Source: an uncultured Verrucomicrobiae bacterium
GTDB taxonomy: Bacteria; Verrucomicrobiota; Verrucomicrobiia; Limisphaerales; Palsa-1400
Assembly: GCA_963702845.1 (NCBI GenBank)
Contig: OY969763.1
Coordinates: 534,719-598,718 of the forward strand
Reading direction: 5' to 3'
Length of the DNA stretch: 64,000 bases
How positions within the stretch are numbered: the stretch's first letter is position 1; each line of letters begins with the position of its first letter. Shown piece by piece: positions 63,501-64,000 of the stretch. The notes below the pieces were generated by a model. The model did not search any database and was not told the origin of the DNA. It saw only the letters and a list, made by a program, of their open reading frames with translations. Made by a program: the position numbers and the translations under genes.

Positions 63501-64000
63501 GCCGGCTGCGGCGAGCACATTTGTTTGGATCCCGTGAAAGGCACCATCCGCCATGACCGCGACTTTAGGTTTGTGCGCGAGCGTGTATCGGACATCTATG
63601 ATGGTGTCGGCGGTAAGCCGATAAACGGCGACGTTGTTGCTCCAGTTGGAAATGATGGGCATCGCCACATTTGTGTAGGCGCTCTCGATGACGAACGGGC
63701 CAGCGCGGAAGTTGTAGGTATTGGTAATTGTAACTTTGAACAGAAGTGGAACGGCACTCGCGCTAAAATCGATTGCATCTTTGCTTTTGCCGGCGGCAAT
63801 CGCCCATTTCACCGGAATATTCGAGTGGAGCAGAAAATTGATCAGGCCATATGCCTTAAGGTTGAACGGAGTGCCGCCCAGAGCCTGAAGGCTGTTGTCC
63901 ATCGGGATGACGAGCGAACCGGCGGAAATGGTTTCGAGATTTGGACGTACGCCAGGAAGGTCTGGATCCGTTTGCGCGAAGGCACTCGTGCAAAGAAAAA
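60537..64000 (-). CDS. large secreted protein (>1150 aa, N-terminus beyond window): alpha/beta N-domain + about 6 Ig-like (I-set type) repeats + proprotein-convertase P-domain + FYR-type C-terminal tail
   Basis: The ORF stays open to the window edge, and ...FLCTSAFAQTDPD looks like the end of a signal peptide. Repeated units read ...F.Y.W.KNG..L.G.T...L....V...DAGTY.VEV...C.... The P-domain reads YPSDICILLQSPSGKTTPL...GDWNLYVFD...GWTLTL. The C-terminus is EASTDLANWTPVATNNL...LFYRAVRL. Confidence 0.7.
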   Translation of the reverse strand, partial: FLCTSAFAQTDPDLPGVRPNLETISAGSLVIPMDNSLQALGGTPFNLKAYGLINFLLHSNIPVKWAIAAGKSKDAIDFSASAVPLLFKVTITNTYNFRAGPFVIESAYTNVAMPIISNWSNNVAVYRLTADTIIDVRYTLAHKPKVAVMADGAFHGIQTNVLAAAGFSPNDYQVLFATNLPLLTTTSCFTIVTAPHYDGGTNTNAQTLAIRGFLASGGNVLCQCAAVTTYENNPLYGEFHTTGGITVLNATGTCAFTNADCAFGQFDGGLTNLTLTSSVANWGFRANSGFTNSAYTAVYISGQTANQPYAAVAKLRPGQTGTCIFYLGGHDYGIQSSLECYNGRRMMLNAIFVPAERPGECGVNFQTDLAVMQDNTARSYTNGQLVTYTITVTNHGAAPVIGAPFSDAFPTTLSNVTWSAAFLGNSSGDVTNGNGNINAALDIPIHQAVVFTATGILATPVDCTLTNIAIISPPASVLDANTADNLSIHIDNIANTVAIHDALACLGGTGSFTATPSGTGPFQYVWKKNGVTLASTGSILAIANVTATDAGTYTVEATGACSSATNTAALLIGDYMTATALANVSACPNQTAVFTTTISNYPIATYLWRKNGTAVAGATNSSLTVQVANPQDAGTYSVEINNWCITLTNSATLSLPSISASTMFSLTRCAGQTATFSTVASGDGPFSFVWRQNGIQIPGQTNSSLTFSSLSTSNAGLYSVEVSSACNTVTNTATLTIRTNVTVASLGTLIRCASQSAAFKATPTGTSPFSYRWRKNGILMSGQSTSNLLLNAVTSNDAGTYTVEVTASCNSATNTGLLLVGVPTTTTSMGDQTHCPTETAIFTTTPTGAGPFTFDWRRDGQLLDGETNNSLAIPNLAAGTPPTSITVEVHGPCSSVTNSATLRVDDYIAVTNSVTFANSAPIGIVDNQPGSPYPSAIHVSCIYPEDVNRVQVGLLGLGHTYPSDICILLQSPSGKTTPLMINAGGGRDFPLQNVDLLFDDLGADLPFNAPLTSGTYHPSAYDNIDFPTPAPGYTNIGLAQFAHESTYGDWNLYVFDDRIIDSGLIANGWTLTLFVTQPHPPHFVAPHCTDSGGFCTTLVGDANCVHVIEASTDLANWTPVATNNLPDGSFVFTNGEPSILLFYRAVRLHNIEP

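Overview
This 64-kb window looks like a PVC-superphylum chromosome segment, probably Verrucomicrobiota-like, and mixes intact housekeeping genes with one stretch (12.3–29.2 kb) full of frameshifts. The phylum guess rests on DUF1559 prepilin-type proteins, a PVC-type C-terminal CxxCH heme-binding giant protein, Planctomycete-type multiheme cytochromes and roughly 55–60 % GC.

The gene content is mostly metabolic and housekeeping, plus a large secreted and surface repertoire:
- rpsT, a frameshifted tRNA-dihydrouridine synthase, cysS, pckG, ggt, and a frameshifted pyruvate dehydrogenase operon (aceE-aceF-lpdA).
- xylA, a sulfatase, an aldose-epimerase-like gene, a ThuA-like gene, and an NfeD–flotillin pair.
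- A tRNA-Pro(UGG) follows a large orphan sensor kinase.
- Four very large secreted proteins: a 1618-aa mosaic of polysaccharide deacetylase, FG-GAP repeats, a PVC dehydrogenase domain, HEAT repeats and a CxxCH domain; a 941-aa phosphodiester-glycosidase/FN3/LamG protein; a BspA-type LRR protein; and a >1100-aa protein of Ig-like repeats plus a P-domain.
- A pentaheme cytochrome and several lipoproteins.

The most interesting signals:
- The 941-aa protein, the LRR protein and the Ig/P-domain protein share a conserved C-terminal tail of about 40 aa ending in FYR.
- A translationally coupled four-gene module encodes a PQQ-type beta-propeller, a HemN-family radical SAM enzyme, a UbiC-like chorismate lyase and a flavin halogenase-family enzyme carrying the WxWxIP motif.
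- Between 12.3 and 29.2 kb, frameshifts cluster even in the presumably essential pdh genes, while long genes elsewhere are intact. This points to locally poor consensus quality rather than gene decay.
- The same stretch holds a degraded BspA-LRR gene, an IS3 transposase remnant and a degraded transglutaminase-like gene, bracketed by two copies of a ~130-bp direct repeat.

Smaller observations are an orphan barstar-like gene, a palindromic motif recurring at three sites, a cNMP-binding ferredoxin fusion, and a pseudopilin translationally coupled to the Ig/P-domain giant.
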